Shown: positions 1 to 9,904 of the stretch, piece by piece | Position numbering within the stretch: the first letter of the stretch is position 1 | Layout: each line of letters starts with the position of its first letter | Origin: Synechocystis sp. PCC 6803 substr. PCC-P | GTDB taxonomy: Bacteria > Cyanobacteriota > Cyanobacteriia > Cyanobacteriales > Microcystaceae | Assembly: GCF_000284455.1 (NCBI RefSeq) | Contig: NC_017039.1 | Span: 3,510,001 to 3,542,000 of the forward strand | Direction of reading: 5' to 3' | DNA: 32,000 nucleotides | Notes under the pieces: generated by a model | The model's database searches: none | Told to the model about the DNA's origin: nothing | What the model saw: the letters and a program-made list of their open reading frames with translations, nothing else | Made by a program: the position numbers and the translations under genes

Positions 1-684
1 GAAAGAGGAAAGAGTAAGAGCGAACAAATGGAGAAAATTTGAGAGAGAATTTGCAAGTGGAAAGTCGGAAGTAAGATACGAATAAGATACGTGAGAGAAA
101 TTATTTATGGAAGGAGAGGGGAAAAAAGATATTAGCAAGTAACGGATAACAAGGAGAAAATGCCGTCAAATTCAACGTATTTTATTATGACAAAAGTATC
201 AGAAATAAAATATAAAGAAGTGGGTAACTTATATGGAGCAAGGAACTGGATAGAGTATGGATTAAAGCAAATAAAGAATGAACTGGGGTGGGCAGATTTT
301 AGAATGATGGACTATTCCAGAATAGAAAAATGGCGGGAAATAGTGATGAGCGTATATTTAATGGTAAGTCTTCAGATAGAAAATTTGCCTCCGCATGATA
401 ACTCCTTAAACAAATCAAAACAGACTAGGGAGATAGCTTATCAGAATATACAAAAACATCCTTGGTGGAATCAAAAAAGTGGATGGAAAAACATACTTAA
501 CAACATGAAATTAATAATTCAGCCATTATGTTACTTTAATTTATTAAAGCCGTGGATGACGGTGATTTATACACCTCAGTTATTGAAAAACTTCCATTGC
601 TTATTTGACAGATTGAAGAAGGCAGTAATGGCTTTAGGAGACCTTATTATTGCTCCAATTATTTTACCTTTCCACCTACACTGA
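1..684 (+). pseudogene. Decayed IS701/IS4-superfamily DDE transposase. This is the C-terminal part and it runs off the left edge of the window.
   Basis: The 160-684 ORF ends in a transposase-like C-terminus (NWIEYGLKQIKNELGWADFRMMDYSRIEKW). The same frame continues upstream as ...RYVREIIYGRRGEKRY*QVTDNKEKMPSNSTYFIMT. It is broken by in-frame stops TAG at 133-135 and TGA at 40-42. The segment is AT-rich compared with its neighbours. Confidence 0.7.
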
Positions 685-784
685 TAGAAGAGTGATAAGT
701 TGGAAATTAAGAACATCTTCGCTGATACTAAACATTAACCCGATCATATCTCAGCACTTTCTGTTTGATTAACTGTAGAGGACT

Positions 785-837
785 AAAAAAGGTAGAAGAG
801 AGAACCCCTTAGCAAATAGGATTAACTGACTTCTACC
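785..837 (-). terminator. Candidate intrinsic terminator downstream of htpG
   Basis: GGTAGAAG (791-798) pairs with CTTCTACC (830-837). On the minus strand the hairpin is followed by a T6 run (complement of A785-790). It lies 39 nt after the htpG stop. The 31-nt loop is large, which weakens the call. Confidence 0.35.
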
Positions 838-875
838 CTACAACCTATTGACAGGATGCTGTTTTGATGGATAAT

Positions 876-2852
876 TTACTGTTTGGTCAAACGGGTTAAT
901 ACCGCATTAGAGCGTTCAATGAAACCTTTCATGCCCTCCGCATCAAAACCTTTTTGGGCCATCAATGCCAAGTCATAAACATGTTGACAAAGGGATTTTG
1001 CTAATTCTGCTGAGGGAGATTCCCCACTGCCAGTGACAATACCGCCTTGGCTGAGGGAAAGAATGTTTTTAATTAGGGGGTGGTTGGTGTTAATGGCTAA
1101 CACATGTTGTTCCGGGAAAGCCATCGCCTGCTGTTGCATCATGGCAGTCATTTCCTGGAGGCGTCGCATGGCTTCCGGTAGAAGTACCATGGCTGGAGGG
1201 GTAGATTGGGGATCGTCGGATTTTAATGATTGGGTTTTGATGTTGATGTTGGGATTATTGAGGGCCTTTTCAAAGATTTCTTTGATTTGCTCACTGCGGG
1301 ATTTGTTGGTGGCGGGGTCCACAATGTCGCTGGCTTTATCCTCTTCAATCAAACTTTGATCCAGTTCTGAATCTACCCGGGAAAATTTGACGTCACTGTA
1401 TTCTTTTTCTAGGAAAGGAATGAAGTAATTAGTGTCAATGAAAGAATCCATAAATAGGACCTCAATACCCTGGTTTTTATACAGTTCCACATAGGTGGCT
1501 TGGGTAGCTTGATCGGTGCAGTAAAAAACTCGATTTTCGTGGCGTTCTTTATTGCGTTCCAAATAACGTTTCAGGCTGGTGTAACCTTCTTTTTCGTAGG
1601 GATTAACCCCGTCACTCTGGTTAGTTTCAGCCCAGGCATCACCATCTTCGGTCAGAACTTCTACCTTTGGTTCCGTACTTTCTGCTGTGGCTTTATAGGT
1701 GGTGCGGTAGAGCAATAAATCTTCTACTTGTTGTTTGAATTTATCTTCCCGCAGGGAACCAAATTTGACAAAGGTACCAATGTCTTCCCAACATTTGAGA
1801 TATTCTGCCGGATTTTCGTCGTACAAAGATTTAAGGCGATCGCCAACTTTTTTGGCAATGTAATCAGCAATGCGACGCACAGTGCGGTGATTAGTGAGGG
1901 CACTGCGGGAAACGTTGAGGGGAATATCGGGACTATCAATTACCCCCCGGAGCGGCATCAAAAATTCGGGAATGACTTCTTCGCAATGGTCACTGACAAA
2001 AACTTGATTGCAGAAAAGTTTAATTTGCCCTTTGGACACATCCACATCGGGGCGTAATTTGGGAAAATAGAGAATACCATTGAGCAAGAAGGGATAATCG
2101 GTGTTTAAATGCACCCACAACAGGGGATCTTCCTGGAAAGGGTAAAGATAGCGGTAAAACTCCAGGTAATCTTCTTTGGTTAAATTTTGGGGTGATTCCT
2201 TCCAGATGGCCCGCTGTTTATTTAGCGTTTCCCCTTCAAAGCGGATGGGCACTGCCATAAAGTCAGAATAGGTTTTCACCAATTGCCGGATGCGACCAGT
2301 CTCCAAATATTCCTGTTCATCGTCCAGCAAAGTTAGGGTGACTGTGGTTCCTACCTGCTGACGATCGGAATCCGTCAGTTCAAATTCCGGTGAACCGTCG
2401 CAACTCCAATGCACCGCCTGGGCCCCCTCTTGGTAAGAAAGGGTGTCAATTTCCACTTTTTGGGACACCATGAAAGCGGAATAGAAACCCAAACCAAAGT
2501 GACCAATCAAATCATTGGCAGACTTTTGGAACTTTTCAATGAACTCCTCCGCACTGGAGAAAGCCACTTGGTTGATGTACTTTTTCACTTCATCGGCGGT
2601 CATGCCAATGCCGTTATCGGTAATAGAAAGGGTTTTATTCACCTTATCCACTACCAGTGTAATTTGGGGATCGGGCACTTCTCCAGAGCCGTCGCTGGCA
2701 AAAGCAGCCATTTTCCGTTTACTAATGGCATCAACGGCGTTGGAAATTAATTCCCTTAAAAAGATTTCATGGTCAGTGTAGAGAGACTTTTTAATAATCG
2801 GGAAAATATTCTCGGTATGGATTGTGATATTGCCTTTTTCGAGTACTGCCAT
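876..2852 (-). CDS. htpG: Molecular chaperone HtpG (Hsp90 family)
   Basis: 658-aa ORF with the GHKL ATPase N-terminus (FLRELISNAVDA, ITDNGIGMT, IGHFGLGFYSAFMV) and full-length Hsp90 architecture. It starts with ATG. Confidence 0.97.
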   Translation of the reverse strand: MAVLEKGNITIHTENIFPIIKKSLYTDHEIFLRELISNAVDAISKRKMAAFASDGSGEVPDPQITLVVDKVNKTLSITDNGIGMTADEVKKYINQVAFSSAEEFIEKFQKSANDLIGHFGLGFYSAFMVSQKVEIDTLSYQEGAQAVHWSCDGSPEFELTDSDRQQVGTTVTLTLLDDEQEYLETGRIRQLVKTYSDFMAVPIRFEGETLNKQRAIWKESPQNLTKEDYLEFYRYLYPFQEDPLLWVHLNTDYPFLLNGILYFPKLRPDVDVSKGQIKLFCNQVFVSDHCEEVIPEFLMPLRGVIDSPDIPLNVSRSALTNHRTVRRIADYIAKKVGDRLKSLYDENPAEYLKCWEDIGTFVKFGSLREDKFKQQVEDLLLYRTTYKATAESTEPKVEVLTEDGDAWAETNQSDGVNPYEKEGYTSLKRYLERNKERHENRVFYCTDQATQATYVELYKNQGIEVLFMDSFIDTNYFIPFLEKEYSDVKFSRVDSELDQSLIEEDKASDIVDPATNKSRSEQIKEIFEKALNNPNINIKTQSLKSDDPQSTPPAMVLLPEAMRRLQEMTAMMQQQAMAFPEQHVLAINTNHPLIKNILSLSQGGIVTGSGESPSAELAKSLCQHVYDLALMAQKGFDAEGMKGFIERSNAVLTRLTKQ

Positions 2853-3182
2853 AGGTCTTTAGATTTAATGTTTAGGATTGTTAGGAAATTTAGTGGATTA
2901 GCAAAACTTCCAGGAACCTAGTCAGCTCCCCAGATTTGCCCAGCGCCCCAGCAATGGGGGTAACCCCATCATCATACGAAGCCAGGGACAGTTTACTCAG
3001 CGGCAGTTTCCGACCTTTGCCATTTCGGTTATCCGTACCCCCACAGTGATCTGACAACTCAGCTCCGAATCCCAACGGCGATCGCCATTCTTGCTTGGGG
3101 CATTAAAACCCGCTGGTTAGCCGGAATTTCCGTCCAGATTCCCTTTCCAGATGTCCCCCTCGGTTCTAAACTTGACTTCGAA

Positions 3183-4502
3183 GTGTGTTGTTGGCAATCG
3201 AGAGGTCTGCTTGTGAAACGTGTCTTAGCGATTATCCTGGGCGGTGGGGCCGGGACCCGCCTCTATCCTTTAACCAAACTCAGAGCCAAACCCGCAGTTC
3301 CCTTGGCCGGAAAGTATCGCCTCATCGATATTCCCGTCAGTAATTGCATCAACTCAGAAATCGTTAAAATTTACGTCCTTACCCAGTTTAATTCCGCCTC
3401 CCTTAACCGTCACATCAGCCGGGCCTATAATTTTTCCGGCTTCCAAGAAGGATTTGTGGAAGTCCTCGCCGCCCAACAAACCAAAGATAATCCTGATTGG
3501 TTTCAGGGCACTGCTGATGCGGTACGGCAATACCTCTGGTTGTTTAGGGAATGGGACGTAGATGAATATCTTATTCTGTCCGGCGACCATCTCTACCGCA
3601 TGGATTACGCCCAATTTGTTAAAAGACACCGGGAAACCAATGCCGACATAACCCTTTCCGTTGTGCCCGTGGATGACAGAAAGGCACCCGAGCTGGGCTT
3701 AATGAAAATCGACGCCCAGGGCAGAATTACTGACTTTTCTGAAAAGCCCCAGGGGGAAGCCCTCCGGGCCATGCAGGTGGACACCAGCGTTTTGGGCCTA
3801 AGTGCGGAGAAGGCTAAGCTTAATCCTTACATTGCCTCCATGGGCATTTACGTTTTCAAGAAGGAAGTATTGCACAACCTCCTGGAAAAATATGAAGGGG
3901 CAACGGACTTTGGCAAAGAAATCATTCCTGATTCAGCCAGTGATCACAATCTGCAAGCCTATCTCTTTGATGACTATTGGGAAGACATTGGTACCATTGA
4001 AGCCTTCTATGAGGCTAATTTAGCCCTGACCAAACAACCTAGTCCCGACTTTAGTTTTTATAACGAAAAAGCCCCCATCTATACCAGGGGTCGTTATCTT
4101 CCCCCCACCAAAATGTTGAATTCCACCGTGACGGAATCCATGATCGGGGAAGGTTGCATGATTAAGCAATGTCGCATCCACCACTCAGTTTTAGGCATTC
4201 GCAGTCGCATTGAATCTGATTGCACCATTGAGGATACTTTGGTGATGGGCAATGATTTCTACGAATCTTCATCAGAACGAGACACCCTCAAAGCCCGGGG
4301 GGAAATTGCCGCTGGCATAGGTTCCGGCACCACTATCCGCCGAGCCATCATCGACAAAAATGCCCGCATCGGCAAAAACGTCATGATTGTCAACAAGGAA
4401 AATGTCCAGGAGGCTAACCGGGAAGAGTTAGGTTTTTACATCCGCAATGGCATCGTAGTAGTGATTAAAAATGTCACGATCGCCGACGGCACGGTAATCT
4501 AG
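3183..4502 (+). CDS. glgC: Glucose-1-phosphate adenylyltransferase (ADP-glucose pyrophosphorylase)
   Basis: The N-terminal motif [17 protein letters not shown], followed by [23 protein letters not shown], is diagnostic. A left-handed beta-helix C-terminal domain is present. The longest ORF starts at GTG 3183. GTG 3213 ([12 protein letters not shown]) is an equally plausible start. Confidence 0.96.
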   Translation: MCCWQSRGLLVKRVLAIILGGGAGTRLYPLTKLRAKPAVPLAGKYRLIDIPVSNCINSEIVKIYVLTQFNSASLNRHISRAYNFSGFQEGFVEVLAAQQTKDNPDWFQGTADAVRQYLWLFREWDVDEYLILSGDHLYRMDYAQFVKRHRETNADITLSVVPVDDRKAPELGLMKIDAQGRITDFSEKPQGEALRAMQVDTSVLGLSAEKAKLNPYIASMGIYVFKKEVLHNLLEKYEGATDFGKEIIPDSASDHNLQAYLFDDYWEDIGTIEAFYEANLALTKQPSPDFSFYNEKAPIYTRGRYLPPTKMLNSTVTESMIGEGCMIKQCRIHHSVLGIRSRIESDCTIEDTLVMGNDFYESSSERDTLKARGEIAAGIGSGTTIRRAIIDKNARIGKNVMIVNKENVQEANREELGFYIRNGIVVVIKNVTIADGTVI

Positions 4503-4530
4503 GGCCAGTTTCTTTCCTCGCACCATAGCC

Positions 4531-5379
4531 ATGACCGCTCCCGTTAAAGCAGTAAAATCCCTGAGCCAAAAGTTTGCCCCCCTCCGGTCTGTCCTGGATC
4601 AATTGGACGGCCTGGGCATTCTTGCCTGGGGGATTTTGATGCTCAAGTACTCTTTTTCTGGGGAATTGGGTTTACTCATTCATCCCAACTATTTTGGGTT
4701 GGTGACAGTGACGGGGTTCGTCCTATTGTTTTTGGGCGGCCTGCGATTGTTTCAAACCGGCAGACGTTGGTTAAAGAGAGCCCGCCGCAGTGGCAATGGT
4801 AACCAAGACAGTGTGACCCACGTAACGGTTTTACCCCTAGGACTGGGCACTGCCCTGTTGTTAGTTACCGCTGTGATGGGGCTTTTTATTACTCCGTCCG
4901 TTTTCAGCAGTCAATTGGCCATCCAACGGGGCATTAGTATGACTTTGCCCCCCACCCAAACCCAGATATCCAGCTTTGCCTCCCAGATTAAGCCGGAGGA
5001 TCGCACCCTAGTGGACTGGGTCCGCACCATCAGCGCCTATCCAGAGCCTGACGTTTACGCCGGCCAAAAGGTTGATGTAACTGGCTTTGTCGTTCACCCT
5101 GAATACTTGCCAGATAACTACCTCCTCATTAGCCGCTTCATTCTGACTTGCTGTGCAGTGGACGCTTATCCTGTGGCTTTGACGGTCCGTTTAGAAGGTT
5201 CCCGTAGTCAATATCCCCCCGATACTTGGCTAACCATCCAAGGACAAATGGTGGCCGCAACCTTACCCAGCTCAGCGGATCAGGGCAGACAAGGGGCAGA
5301 AAAGCGTCAGGTTGTGGTGGAAGCTCAGTCGGTGGAAGTGGTGCCAACTCCGGCTGATCCCTATAGTTACGCCGATTGA
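4531..5379 (+). CDS. TIGR03943/DUF1980-type membrane protein
   Basis: There are N-terminal hydrophobic helices and a C-terminal domain with the conserved RFxxTCCxxDA motif (SRFILTCCAVDAYP). It starts 28 nt after the glgC stop. Confidence 0.65.
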   Translation: MTAPVKAVKSLSQKFAPLRSVLDQLDGLGILAWGILMLKYSFSGELGLLIHPNYFGLVTVTGFVLLFLGGLRLFQTGRRWLKRARRSGNGNQDSVTHVTVLPLGLGTALLLVTAVMGLFITPSVFSSQLAIQRGISMTLPPTQTQISSFASQIKPEDRTLVDWVRTISAYPEPDVYAGQKVDVTGFVVHPEYLPDNYLLISRFILTCCAVDAYPVALTVRLEGSRSQYPPDTWLTIQGQMVAATLPSSADQGRQGAEKRQVVVEAQSVEVVPTPADPYSYAD

Positions 5380-5488
5380 ACCATTGACAAAGGAACCTAA
5401 TCTGTTCCGAATCCATCGATACAAAAGCGGGAATTACGTCAGAAACGATTAGCGATTCGCTAAGATAACTCAGCATTGTTACGTAAAT

Positions 5489-5956
5489 GTGTTGACCAGT
5501 ATGAAAGGTTTGTCTGGGCTGTTACAGTTTTTCATCGGCTTTATTTTGGGGGTAACCTTGTTTGTGGGGGGAATTTCCCTAGCCGGTTATCTGGTTTTTA
5601 ATCGTTTTGCGGCCAGTCCGGAAAAGCCTTTATTTCCCGAAGAACAAAGTCAGCCCCAAGATGACCAGCCTTCCCCCACAGGGACAGAATCGCCCCAAGC
5701 ATCACCGTCACCAAGTCCTTCCCCTTCCCCCACAGAGGAACTTCCCTCTGGGGCCTATAAAGCCAAGGTAATTTGGAATGGAGGCTTGAATGTTCGTACC
5801 GAGCCAGATCGGGAGTCTGATTCCCTTGCTACGATCAACTACAATGACGAAGTGGTGGTGCTGGCAACCCAGGGGGAATGGTCTAAGTTGAGGCTGTCTG
5901 GAGGCACAGAAGGATGGGTGAGATCGGGCAATCTGGAAAAACTCCCAACACCATAG
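5489..5956 (+). CDS. Membrane-anchored protein with a bacterial SH3 (SH3b) domain
   Basis: It has an N-terminal TM helix (LLQFFIGFILGVTLFVGGISLAGYLVF), a Pro/Ser linker (SPSPSPSPSP) and a C-terminal SH3b-like fold (GLNVRTEPDRESDSLATINYNDEVVVLATQGEWSKLRL..GWV). The start is either GTG 5489 or ATG 5501. Confidence 0.65.
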   Translation: MLTSMKGLSGLLQFFIGFILGVTLFVGGISLAGYLVFNRFAASPEKPLFPEEQSQPQDDQPSPTGTESPQASPSPSPSPSPTEELPSGAYKAKVIWNGGLNVRTEPDRESDSLATINYNDEVVVLATQGEWSKLRLSGGTEGWVRSGNLEKLPTP

Positions 5957-6041
5957 CTACTCTCGGAGCAGAAACCCAGGCAAAGAAAAATAAAATAAAA
6001 GTTGATTAATTCCGACCATCCAAACATTTAGGGGCAGGACA

Positions 6042-7205
6042 TTGTATTGCATTGGTTTAATTAGTGGCACTTCCGTGGATGGCATTGATGCCTGTTTAGT
6101 CGACATTAGTGGGTCTGGATTAGACCTCAAGGTTGATTTGTTGCGGGGGGAAACCTACCCTTACCCCGATGCATTGCGCCAGGAGATTTTAGCTTTGTGT
6201 GCAGGAACTCCCGTTAGTCCGGAGGCGATCGCCTTTTTGGATGACAGTATTGCCAAGGAATTTGCCCAGGCGGCCCAGCAAATTCAACAATCTTTGCCCC
6301 CAGCGGATCTCATTGGTTCCCATGGCCAAACTATTTTCCACCGTCCCCCCAATCCAGAGAAAGCCTTTTCCCTCGGTTACAGTTGGCAGTTGGGCCGGGG
6401 AGAGGCGATCGCCAATTTGACAGGCATTACCACGGTGAGTAATTTTCGGGCGGCGGACATTGCCGCAGGGGGCCAGGGAGCACCATTAGTTTCTAAAATC
6501 GATGTCTGCCTGTTGAGCCATCAAAATGAACACCGCTGTGTGCAGAATTTAGGTGGCATTGGTAATGTGACCTATCTCCCTCCCCGCAGTCAGACAAATT
6601 GGCAGGAAAAAATTTGTGGCTGGGATACGGGGCCCGCCAACGTCCTAGTTGACCTGGCAGTGCAAAAATTTACCCAGGGAGAAAAAACCTATGATCAGGG
6701 GGGACAATGGGCGGCCCAGGGTAAGCCCCGCCAAGAACTGGTAGACCAATGGTTACAAGAACCCTTTTTCGAGCAATATCCGCCTAAATCCACCGGGCGG
6801 GAATTGTTTGGGGCGTTGTACCTCGATAACTGTTGGATAGAAGCCCAGCGCCATGGCTTGAATGAAACCGATTTTTTGACCACTCTGACAGAATTTACGG
6901 CCCGCTCTGTAGTGACTGAATACCAAAGATTTTTACCCCAACTGCCCGATCGCCTGTTACTGTGTGGCGGTGGTGCCCATAACCTCTATCTGAGGGAGCG
7001 GCTCCAATATCACTTAGGCTCCAACACAAAAATTCAGCGCACCGACGATGTTGGTCTGAACAGCGATTTCAAAGAGGCGATCGCCTTTGCGGTGCTGGCC
7101 TATTGGCGTTTCCAGGAGCAATTTCCAGGTAATGTCCCCCTAGTCACCGGTGCTAGTCAAGATTGTCTGTTGGGGGATATTCACCTTGTCCCAGTTGGTA
7201 GTTAA
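6042..7205 (+). CDS. anmK: Anhydro-N-acetylmuramic acid kinase
   Basis: It shows the N-terminal [13 protein letters not shown] signature, the downstream GGQGAPLV and NLGGIGN motifs, and a length of about 380 aa. The start codon is TTG. Confidence 0.88.
   Translation: MYCIGLISGTSVDGIDACLVDISGSGLDLKVDLLRGETYPYPDALRQEILALCAGTPVSPEAIAFLDDSIAKEFAQAAQQIQQSLPPADLIGSHGQTIFHRPPNPEKAFSLGYSWQLGRGEAIANLTGITTVSNFRAADIAAGGQGAPLVSKIDVCLLSHQNEHRCVQNLGGIGNVTYLPPRSQTNWQEKICGWDTGPANVLVDLAVQKFTQGEKTYDQGGQWAAQGKPRQELVDQWLQEPFFEQYPPKSTGRELFGALYLDNCWIEAQRHGLNETDFLTTLTEFTARSVVTEYQRFLPQLPDRLLLCGGGAHNLYLRERLQYHLGSNTKIQRTDDVGLNSDFKEAIAFAVLAYWRFQEQFPGNVPLVTGASQDCLLGDIHLVPVGS
6225..6232. repeat. HIP1 octamer GCGATCGC (representative copy; 27 exact copies in the window)
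   Basis: My manual scan found exact copies starting at 1836, 3078, 6225, 6405, 7077, 7438, 9418, 11921, 13704, 14608, 15257, 15411, 16402, 17283, 17933, 18368, 19911, 20189, 21112, 22470, 22789, 24111, 24783, 26584, 26744, 31323 and 31647. Many are extended to GGCGATCGCC. Confidence 0.9.
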
Positions 7206-7240
7206 ATAGCTCCAAAGAACTACTTCACTTTGATCTTTGA

Positions 7241-8338
7241 TTAATTGTTGGTAGCTTCCGCCAATTCCGCCAGTCTCTCCTGTTGATCCTGGGAAATGCA
7301 AGACTCGATGATAGTGTGAATTTCCCCTTCCAGAGCCGTGTTTAAATCAAAGTTGCGTCCCAAGCGGTGGTCGGTAACTCGATTATCTTTGTAGTTATAG
7401 GTGCGGATTTTCTCCGAACGGGAACCCGTACCCACCTGCGATCGCCGATTGGAACTGATGGCATCATTTTGTTCTTGGAGCATCATGTCATAGAGCTTGG
7501 CCCGGAGAATTTGCATCGCCCGTTCACGGTTTTGGAGTTGGGAACGTTCTTCGGTGCAAAAAATCCGAATACCTGTGGGTTTATGGAACAGATCCACCGC
7601 CGTTTCCACCTTGTTAACGTTCTGTCCACCGGCTCCACCGGAGCGAGCCGTACTCATTTCAATGTCTTTGGGATCAATTTTTACTTCCACATCATCCACT
7701 TCCGGCATGATGGCCACCGTAGCCGTGGAGGTATGCACCCGACCCCCAGCCTCCGTCACCGGCACCCGTTGCACCCGATGCACCCCTGCTTCAAATTTCA
7801 ACTGGCTGTAAACCCGGTCCCCTTTAACTTCCAGAATGGCTTCCTTAAAGCCTCCCATATCTGCTAAGGACTCACTCAGCAGACTCACTTTCCAACCCTG
7901 ACTTTCGGCATACCTGGTGTACATACGTACTAAATCTCCAGCCCAGATACTAGCCTCATCTCCCCCGGTGCCGGCGCGGATTTCCAACATAATATTTTTC
8001 TCATCGTTGGGGTCCTTGGGCAGAAGGAGGATAGTTAGGCGCTTTTCCAACTCCCCAATGGCATTTTCCAGTTCCTCCACTTCCAACTGGGCCATTTCCC
8101 GCATTTCTGGGTCATTGCCAGATTCTTTGACAATTTGTCGGGCCCCTTTTAAATCTTCCTGGCTTCTTTTCCAAGTCTCGTAGGTATCAACTGTTTCTTC
8201 CAAGGACGAGCGGGCTTTGGCTACCCGTTGCAATTCATCGGGGTTGGTGGCAATGTCCGGATCCGCCAGCATCCTAGTCAATTCCTGATAGGTCTGCTCC
8301 ACAGAAGCTAGTTTGTCTAAGAGGTACGTTTCCGCCAT
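7241..8338 (-). CDS. prfA: Peptide chain release factor 1
   Basis: It has the GGQ motif ([15 protein letters not shown]), an RF1-type PxT tripeptide (PVT in RVQRVPVTE) and the typical 365-aa length. Confidence 0.97.
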   Translation of the reverse strand: MAETYLLDKLASVEQTYQELTRMLADPDIATNPDELQRVAKARSSLEETVDTYETWKRSQEDLKGARQIVKESGNDPEMREMAQLEVEELENAIGELEKRLTILLLPKDPNDEKNIMLEIRAGTGGDEASIWAGDLVRMYTRYAESQGWKVSLLSESLADMGGFKEAILEVKGDRVYSQLKFEAGVHRVQRVPVTEAGGRVHTSTATVAIMPEVDDVEVKIDPKDIEMSTARSGGAGGQNVNKVETAVDLFHKPTGIRIFCTEERSQLQNRERAMQILRAKLYDMMLQEQNDAISSNRRSQVGTGSRSEKIRTYNYKDNRVTDHRLGRNFDLNTALEGEIHTIIESCISQDQQERLAELAEATNN

Positions 8339-8426
8339 GGTCTGCCTTGGGTCAAAATGCTCAGTCTTCTATTCTAACTCCCCCAAGACCCCCCTGCTTT
8401 TTCCCCTTGCATTGATCGCCAAATGG

Positions 8427-9011
8427 TTAGTCCGCATCTTCAAATAAAAGCTCTTCTAGAATATGTTTGAGTTCATCATTGTCGGGGTGCACCAACTCAA
8501 TTTGTGTTTCACTAATGGCTTTAGCAAGAAATAATAAAGGCGCTAGGGGAGTGTAAATGCTATAGCGTTCTTCCTCGTGGTAAAAACTAGCCAGGAATTG
8601 CAATTCTTCCTCTTCCATTTCCCCAGCCGGATCGTTCCCTTCAATTTCCAGGGTGAGAATATCTTCATCTTCAATGGGGGGCAGTTCACCACTGACGGTG
8701 AGGGTGTAGGCAGTGTACTTCAACGACAAATCTAATTCTGCCAGTACGGCCTTAGCATCTGCAAAAATGCCACTAATTTCTTCTTGGTCCTCTAGTAAAA
8801 TTGCCTCAGCATCTTCTGTTTCATCGTCATCTTCTTCCCAGGCAATAATTACCACCGGGATGTCAACGGGCATCAATAATAAGTATTGAGCGTCCTCTTG
8901 TTCGAGGGAGTTTTCCACGTAGCAATCTAAAGGCCGCCCCGCTTCATCGTAGAGCGTTATGCTATCGCTTTCATCCGGTTCATTTTCTTGATTAAACAGA
9001 TAAGCAGACAT
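8427..9011 (-). CDS. Highly acidic conserved hypothetical protein (DUF1292/DUF3727-like)
   Basis: 194-aa ORF that is very rich in D/E. The pattern YLLLMPVDIPVVIIAWEEDDD and the second half (FLASFYHEEERYSIYTPLAPLLFLAK) resemble the cyanobacterial/plastid DUF1292-DUF3727 pair as I remember it. Confidence 0.6.
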   Translation of the reverse strand: MSAYLFNQENEPDESDSITLYDEAGRPLDCYVENSLEQEDAQYLLLMPVDIPVVIIAWEEDDDETEDAEAILLEDQEEISGIFADAKAVLAELDLSLKYTAYTLTVSGELPPIEDEDILTLEIEGNDPAGEMEEEELQFLASFYHEEERYSIYTPLAPLLFLAKAISETQIELVHPDNDELKHILEELLFEDAD

Positions 9012-9076
9012 ATAACTTAATAATGTTATTGAGTATTAAGAGTATCACGGAAGAAGCAGATATTTAAGAAGAGAAC

Positions 9077-9904
9077 TCAATCAAAGTTTAGATGATCTAG
9101 CCAATTAGTTTTTTCAATAATGTTAACTCCGTTGATATCCGTAAGATTATATTGCAATGGGGTAATGGTGATGAAGTTATCTTGGCTAGCCTGGACATCA
9201 GTGGGAATGCGGCGGTTGAGACGGAGATAGTCTGGTTGGGGAATTTCTTTTACCCTTTCCCCCGCTAGCCAGTAGTAGCGTTTTCCCCGGGGATCATACC
9301 TTTCTTCAAAGGTTTCGCTATAGCGTTGCAGTCCCTGGCGGGTGAGTCTAACTCCGGCAATCTGCTCCGCTGGTACCGCTGGAATATTGATGCTAAATAA
9401 GGTCGGTTCCGTCAATGGCGATCGCCAGAGGTGTTGGACAAAGCAATTGGCAAAGTCGGCGGCGGGCTGAAAATCGGTGGCGGTAAAACTGACCAAACTC
9501 AAAGCAATGCTAGGAATGCCCTCGATCAACCCTTCCATGGCGGCGGAAACTGTACCGGAATATAAAACATCAGTGCCGAGGTTAGCACCGTGGTTAACTC
9601 CGGAAAGGACAAAATCCGGATAACGGGGCATCACCGCATGGAGGGCAAACTTCACACAGTCAGCGGGGGTACCGGAACAGGACCAAGCCTTGATGCGAGG
9701 ATCAAAAACATCCTCCACAATGCCCGCTCGAATGGGTCGATGGAGGGTCAGACCATGGCCGGTGGCGGATCTTTCCCGGTCAGGACAGACCACTGTGACT
9801 TCATGGCCTGCGGCGACTAGGGTGTTGGCCAAGGTACGTACCCCTTGGGAAAAAATGCCGTCATCGTTACTGACAAGGAGATTGAGGACCGGGGATGGGG
9901 TCAT
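9077..9904 (-). CDS. surE: 5'/3'-nucleotidase SurE
   Basis: It has the N-terminal LVSNDDGI motif, [10 protein letters not shown] and [11 protein letters not shown], at a length of 275 aa. Confidence 0.94.
   Translation of the reverse strand: MTPSPVLNLLVSNDDGIFSQGVRTLANTLVAAGHEVTVVCPDRERSATGHGLTLHRPIRAGIVEDVFDPRIKAWSCSGTPADCVKFALHAVMPRYPDFVLSGVNHGANLGTDVLYSGTVSAAMEGLIEGIPSIALSLVSFTATDFQPAADFANCFVQHLWRSPLTEPTLFSINIPAVPAEQIAGVRLTRQGLQRYSETFEERYDPRGKRYYWLAGERVKEIPQPDYLRLNRRIPTDVQASQDNFITITPLQYNLTDINGVNIIEKTNWLDHLNFD

Noticed and set aside
1033-2781. Several 70-113-aa plus-strand ORFs lie inside htpG: 1033-1359, 1500-1718, 1728-2057, 2409-2750 and 2515-2781. The minus-strand ORF 1724-1939 is also present.
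   Set aside because: They are fully embedded in a strongly supported 658-aa Hsp90 gene. They have low-complexity or odd composition and no recognisable motifs. This is typical shadow ORF behaviour opposite or out of frame to a real CDS.
2890-3075. A 61-aa minus-strand ORF lies in the 330-nt htpG-glgC divergent intergenic region.
   Set aside because: It starts at a TTG with no evident ribosome-binding site, and I recognised no conserved motif. It more likely sits in promoter or 5'-UTR DNA for the two flanking genes. An sRNA here cannot be excluded without transcript data.
5138-5476. A 112-aa minus-strand ORF overlaps the 3' end of the TIGR03943 gene.
   Set aside because: It is antisense to a CDS that carries a conserved family motif in the same interval. 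Its Pro/Leu-rich composition is typical of a shadow frame.
7367-8183. Plus-strand ORFs of 88-166 aa lie opposite prfA (7367-7867, 7497-7811, 7917-8183).
   Set aside because: They are antisense shadows of a well-supported release factor gene. Their sequences are rich in Arg/Ser/Pro/His and show no domain signatures.
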